This document shows positions 60,474 through 64,000 of a stretch of DNA of 64,000 nucleotides, piece after piece. The first letter of the stretch is position 1; each line of letters opens with the position of its first letter. Where the stretch lies: assembly GCA_002413795.1 (NCBI GenBank), contig DHXS01000009.1, positions 7,820 to 71,819 of the forward strand, in the 5' to 3' direction. Both the position numbers and the translations under genes were made by a program. The notes below the pieces were generated by a model. That model did no database searches and had not been told where the DNA came from. It saw only the letters and a program-made list of their open reading frames with translations. Source of the DNA: Candidatus Saccharibacteria bacterium UBA5150. Lineage in GTDB: Bacteria > Patescibacteriota > Saccharimonadia > Saccharimonadales > UBA4665.

Positions 60474-61451
60474 CTAGATTTCGGCAGTCGGGGCCGATAT
60501 TTTCGGCAGGTTCGGATCGGCGACGCGCGGAACGTGCGGGTGGAACGACGGCCGGTTGAATTTACGGTGGCGCAACAGCGTCGGCAGTTTGGAATAGGCT
60601 ACTTTTAGCGGATTGACCTCTAATGAGTGGTCGCTAACGGCCAGAGTGACCATCGGGGTCGGCTGTGGTTTACCGAAAATCTCTTGCATGCCCTCGCTGT
60701 ATATCTCATTCATTTGCGGGCTGGCGGCGCTGGCGGGCGGCAAAGCGGGCGGCAAAGCAGGTGCTACCGGCTGTTGCCAGGCCGTCTGGAGTTGCGCCGG
60801 TTGTAGCGAAGGATGGCTGACGCCGGTTTGGGCCTGGTGCTGGGCTAAAAGGCTCTGGGCAAACAGGTAATCCGACAGTTCGGGGCTGGGCCTTACCGGT
60901 TCGGGCAACGGCGTAGCCGGCTGAATACCGGCCTGCTGGGCCTGCTGTATTTGCTGGACCTGCAATTGGTACTGGCTTTGGGAGATTAAGTAGGTCTGCA
61001 ACTGCTCCTTGATTTTCTCGAGGTGCTGGTTCTGGTCTTCCTGGTGGCTGGTCTGCTTCTTCTTAGCTTCAGCCATGCAGTGCTGGACGTGGCTTATAAC
61101 CTTGCGCAGTCTCTGCTGGTTATAACTGCGCACTACCAGGTTCCTGTTGCCGGTCGCGATACTGATCTGCGCTCCCAACAAACGGTGACTGTAGTCTATT
61201 TCGTTAATCATGTCGAAGCGCAGGTCTTCGACCGTCAGATAGTTCAGCGGTTTCTTATCAACCAATAAAACGCGGACATCTGTCGCCACTAAAAGGGCAA
61301 ATCCGCCCTCGTAAATACCGTTAACGACCTCGTAAATTTCTTCGCCGGGAATAATGATGTTATGGAGTTCGGCCACTTCACGCCGGCCCCAGCCGTTCGG
61401 TTTAAAACCAAGTTTCTTCAACTGTTTATTAACGGATTGCTCAGTAACCAT
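60474..61451 (-). CDS. PH-like (YokE/bPH) domain protein with a Gln/Pro-rich C-terminus
   Basis: GWGRREVAELHNIIIPGEEIYEVVNGIYEGGFALLVATDVRVLLVD. GGGAGG lies 6 nt before ATG 61451. Confidence 0.6.
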   Translation of the reverse strand: MVTEQSVNKQLKKLGFKPNGWGRREVAELHNIIIPGEEIYEVVNGIYEGGFALLVATDVRVLLVDKKPLNYLTVEDLRFDMINEIDYSHRLLGAQISIATGNRNLVVRSYNQQRLRKVISHVQHCMAEAKKKQTSHQEDQNQHLEKIKEQLQTYLISQSQYQLQVQQIQQAQQAGIQPATPLPEPVRPSPELSDYLFAQSLLAQHQAQTGVSHPSLQPAQLQTAWQQPVAPALPPALPPASAASPQMNEIYSEGMQEIFGKPQPTPMVTLAVSDHSLEVNPLKVAYSKLPTLLRHRKFNRPSFHPHVPRVADPNLPKISAPTAEI

Positions 61452-61543
61452 AGCGGACCTCCCGTAGCTACATACATAGTACCCCGCGCCGAAAAAACAA
61501 GTCGTGAAAATGTTCACCTCGCAAATGCGATTTTGATCACAAA

Positions 61544-61572
61544 TTGACATCAAGGCCCAACTCTATCATAAT
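61544..61572 (+). promoter_or_regulatory. Canonical sigma70 promoter driving a leaderless crp-family mRNA
   Basis: TTGACA (61544-61549), a 17-nt spacer, CATAAT (61567-61572), 7 nt, then ATG 61580. Confidence 0.6.
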
Positions 61573-61579
61573 AAACCCT

Positions 61580-62233
61580 ATGTTAGCGACGCTGAAGCAG
61601 ACGGCGGAACTGGTGGAATTTTTCAGACTTCACGGTGTTAAGCAGACCTTCAGAAAAGGCGATTTCATCATTCGTCCGGGTGACGCCCCCCACGGGGTGT
61701 TTTTTATATACGAGGGACTGGTCAAGGCCTACGATATCACCAAATACAACGAAGAAAACCTGCTGATAATCCGCAAGCAGGACGAAATTTTCCCGCTCAT
61801 TTGGGCCATGACCGGCAAAGAGCACCATATCATTTACCAGACACTAGCGCCGACCACCACCTACCGCCTGAGCCGCGAGGCTTTCCTGGATTTTATCAAG
61901 ACCAGCCCCGAAGCCCTGGCGCCACTGCTCGACATGACCATGGAAATGTACCGCCTGCACGGCGAACGCATCCTGACGCTGGAGTACCGCTCGGTGCGGG
62001 AACGCATCATCTCTTTCCTGCTGACCATGTGCCAGCGTTTCGGCGTCCAAACCGAAGACGGCATGCTGATCGAGGTGCCCTTGCGCCACCAGGACATCGC
62101 CAGTTCGGTCAACGCCACCCGCGAGACTACCAGCCGCGAATTATCGGCCCTGGAGCGCAAAGGCCTGCTCAGAAACAAGCAATCTTTAATCTTACTAAAA
62201 GATTTGGACGCCCTGCACAAGCACCTCACCTAA
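61580..62233 (+). CDS. Crp/Fnr family transcriptional regulator
   Basis: cNMP-binding-like beta-roll plus a C-terminal HTH (ETTSRELSALERKGLL). The track start TTG 61544 is the -35 box. Confidence 0.8.
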   Translation: MLATLKQTAELVEFFRLHGVKQTFRKGDFIIRPGDAPHGVFFIYEGLVKAYDITKYNEENLLIIRKQDEIFPLIWAMTGKEHHIIYQTLAPTTTYRLSREAFLDFIKTSPEALAPLLDMTMEMYRLHGERILTLEYRSVRERIISFLLTMCQRFGVQTEDGMLIEVPLRHQDIASSVNATRETTSRELSALERKGLLRNKQSLILLKDLDALHKHLT

Positions 62234-62244
62234 GCTGGCTTGGC

Positions 62245-62964
62245 TTATGCTTTTCTTAACAGGTAGAAGCGCTCCAGGTTGCCCTTGGCGCCGGCCACCG
62301 CCGAATCAGCCTTATCAACCACTACGAACCGCTTTATTGCCCAGCTTTCAAAGTCTTTAAGGATCTGGCGCCGCATTTTATCGTTCTTGATAACGCCTTT
62401 ATGCTTCAGCCCGGCCTGCTCCGCCTCGAATTGCGGCTTTACCATGGCCACGATCTCGGTCCGCTCCGACACCAGATCGGCCACGTGCGGCAATATGTCG
62501 CGCAGACTTATAAAGGACACGTCTATAACGACTACGTCCGGCTGGCTGCTCAGCGCGTTAAGGTCGCGGATATCGGTTTGCTCGTGCAATTCGATGCCGG
62601 AGTTATTTCGTAAGCTGGGATGCAGCTGGTCGGTACCGGCTTCAACGGCTATCACTTTGCCGGCGCCATGCTGTAGGGCGTAATCCGTGAAGCCGCCGGT
62701 GCTACTGCCGACATCCAGAACCGTTTTGTCTTTAAAATCGAGCTTTAGGGCTTCGGCCACGCTGGCCAGCTTCAGCGCCGCCCGGCTGACGTACCGCTCC
62801 TCGGCCGTCACCTCAATTTTGTCACTTTTGTTTACCGGATAACCGGGTTTACTGATAATTTTGCCCTCAACTTTTACCTCGCCGAGCTTAATATAGCTCT
62901 CGGCCTGGCTGCGCGTGCTCACCAACCCCAGTTCTACAAGCCTTTGATCGAGTCTGGATTTCAT
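62245..62964 (-). CDS. tlyA: TlyA family rRNA 2'-O-methyltransferase
   Basis: S4 domain (RLDQRLVELGLVSTRSQAESYIKLGEVKV) plus FtsJ-like VLDVGSSTGGFTD. Confidence 0.85.
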   Translation of the reverse strand: MKSRLDQRLVELGLVSTRSQAESYIKLGEVKVEGKIISKPGYPVNKSDKIEVTAEERYVSRAALKLASVAEALKLDFKDKTVLDVGSSTGGFTDYALQHGAGKVIAVEAGTDQLHPSLRNNSGIELHEQTDIRDLNALSSQPDVVVIDVSFISLRDILPHVADLVSERTEIVAMVKPQFEAEQAGLKHKGVIKNDKMRRQILKDFESWAIKRFVVVDKADSAVAGAKGNLERFYLLRKA

Positions 62965-63085
62965 TTTCTAAGTCTAGCACGAACTTTTACACATGTTGTG
63001 GATGCATCAACGCCAGTTTGCGTATGTTCCCTGTAAGTACCTGCTTAAAGTGGTGTATAACGTGTGTATATGATACGTTAAGTGC

Positions 63086-63460
63086 ATGACTTTAAGCAAT
63101 GGCCGAAACGGACAAAGTGGTGAGGGAAGTGGGCAAGATAGTCAGGCTGGCGAACACGGCAAGGCCAAAGCCAGGCCGATCAAAAAACGCCGCAGATACG
63201 GGGCCAAAATGACACGGGTCAGTTTAAGCCTCCCTCAAGGCCTGCTGGACATGGCTGATAAAGCGGCCGAGCAGGATTTTACTACCCGCAGTGACATAGT
63301 TCGAATGTCGGTCCTCTGGTATCTGCGGCCGCAAGGGCGGGATCTTGATCAAACGGACCCAGATTACATCTTCAAAACCCTCCAGCACCGCAAGGCCCGC
63401 GTAGGCATTAAGCAAATAATCGAGAACATTGATAAATTCGACGACGTTTACGACGTCTAG
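63086..63460 (+). CDS. Ribbon-helix-helix (CopG-like) protein, paralog of 6058-6270
   Basis: VSLSLPQGLLDMADKAAEQDFTTRSDIVRMSVLWYL. An alternative start at ATG 63209 follows GGGG. Confidence 0.6.
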   Translation: MTLSNGRNGQSGEGSGQDSQAGEHGKAKARPIKKRRRYGAKMTRVSLSLPQGLLDMADKAAEQDFTTRSDIVRMSVLWYLRPQGRDLDQTDPDYIFKTLQHRKARVGIKQIIENIDKFDDVYDV

Positions 63461-64000
63461 TCTTTGACGCGTTCGCGGTAGGCGCCGGTGGTGGTATCGA
63501 CCGATATAACGTCGCCCTGCTTTATAAAGGCGGGCACTTTAATGGTCAGGCCGGTTTCGAGCGTGGCGTCTTTGGTAATCGACGAGCTGGTGTCGCCTTT
63601 AACGGCATCTTCGGTGTAAGTTACCAGCAGTGGCACGTTCTTGGGCAGCTCGACGCTGATCGGCCGGCCGTTAAACAGCTGCAGCTGGACGCGGTCGCCT
63701 TCTTTTAGGTAGCCGGCACCGTCACCGACCAGGTCGGCCGCAATCTCGAACTGGTTAAAGCTGTCTTCGTTCATAAAGAAAAAATTACTGCCGTCGTTAT
63801 ACAGATATTGGGCGGCCTGGCCGGTAACATCGGCGCTGTCCAGCTGTTCGTTGCCCTTAAACGTCTTCTCCAGCACCTTGCCGCTGAGCAGGCTTTTGAT
63901 GCGGACGTTAACGATCGAGCCGCCGCGGCCCATAACCTTCTGCTTGTAGTCAACCACCTTAAAAGGCTCCCCTTCCCACTGGAAGAGAGTACCTTTCTTA
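63457..64000 (-). CDS. efp: Elongation factor P (5' end outside the window)
   Basis: KVPAFIKQGDVISVDTTTGAYRERV is the EF-P C-terminus. The frame stays open past track start 63957 to the window edge (..KKGTLFQWEGEPFKVVDYK). Confidence 0.85.
   Translation of the reverse strand, partial: KKGTLFQWEGEPFKVVDYKQKVMGRGGSIVNVRIKSLLSGKVLEKTFKGNEQLDSADVTGQAAQYLYNDGSNFFFMNEDSFNQFEIAADLVGDGAGYLKEGDRVQLQLFNGRPISVELPKNVPLLVTYTEDAVKGDTSSSITKDATLETGLTIKVPAFIKQGDVISVDTTTGAYRERVKD

Noticed and set aside
62234-62260. The GGCTTATGCTTTT string between the convergent crp and tlyA genes was considered as another promoter box.
   Set aside because: It lies between two converging stop codons with no downstream gene and lacks the TATAAT part. 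It is probably a chance match.
1-64000. Alternative genetic code (stop-codon reassignment, as in some CPR lineages).
   Set aside because: Motif-supported genes terminate at full expected length with TGA (for example 109-111 and 17969-17971), TAA and TAG. Only one in-frame TAG case (29524) was seen, and it is better explained as a pseudogene.

Overview
This is a 64-kb chromosomal window with GC-rich flanks; hand-counted 60-nt lines give about 55-65% GC. The gene content looks like a small-genome, monoderm-type bacterium, possibly Patescibacteria/CPR of the Saccharibacteria type, but that lineage call is inference only. Housekeeping genes: comM, infC-rpmI-rplT, RNase P RNA, rpmB, miaA, thrS, nrdR, ndk, xerC/D, ychF, tlyA, efp, and seven tRNAs that all encode CCA. 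About 17 kb (33.2-50.1 kb) is one type IV pilus locus on the minus strand: pilM-N-O, pilB, pilT, pilC, pilA, pilD and four or five prepilin-like genes. One of those carries a PA14-like lectin domain. A 1150-aa secreted protein lies upstream of pilM, and no secretin is present in the window. Other content: a VirD4/TraD-like coupling ATPase (112-3066), a GT2 synthase, a LysM protein with tandem HDSG repeats, an MFS pump, an ABC exporter, and two toxin-antitoxin pairs (VapBC, RelE/YafQ-DinJ). The most unusual region is a low-GC block of about 9.4 kb (about 8.53-17.97 kb) abutting tRNA-Pro(GGG). It carries both a tyrosine and a large serine recombinase; the serine recombinase stop codon lies inside the tRNA. 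Its cargo includes a DUF4238 protein (a candidate anti-phage gene family), several unknown ORFs, and a possible cell-wall module (DUF218-like protein, Cys-rich acidic miniprotein, VanX-type D-Ala-D-Ala dipeptidase). I also flag several promoter/terminator-delimited structured intergenic RNAs of unknown class, a PCD/DCoH-RNase HI fusion, an alkyltransferase-like (Cys to Trp) protein, widespread extended -10 promoters with leaderless or near-leaderless starts, and a GC-composition break inside the giant pilus-linked ORF. There is no CRISPR array, rRNA, or phage structural gene. All family assignments come from motifs read by eye; no searches were run.
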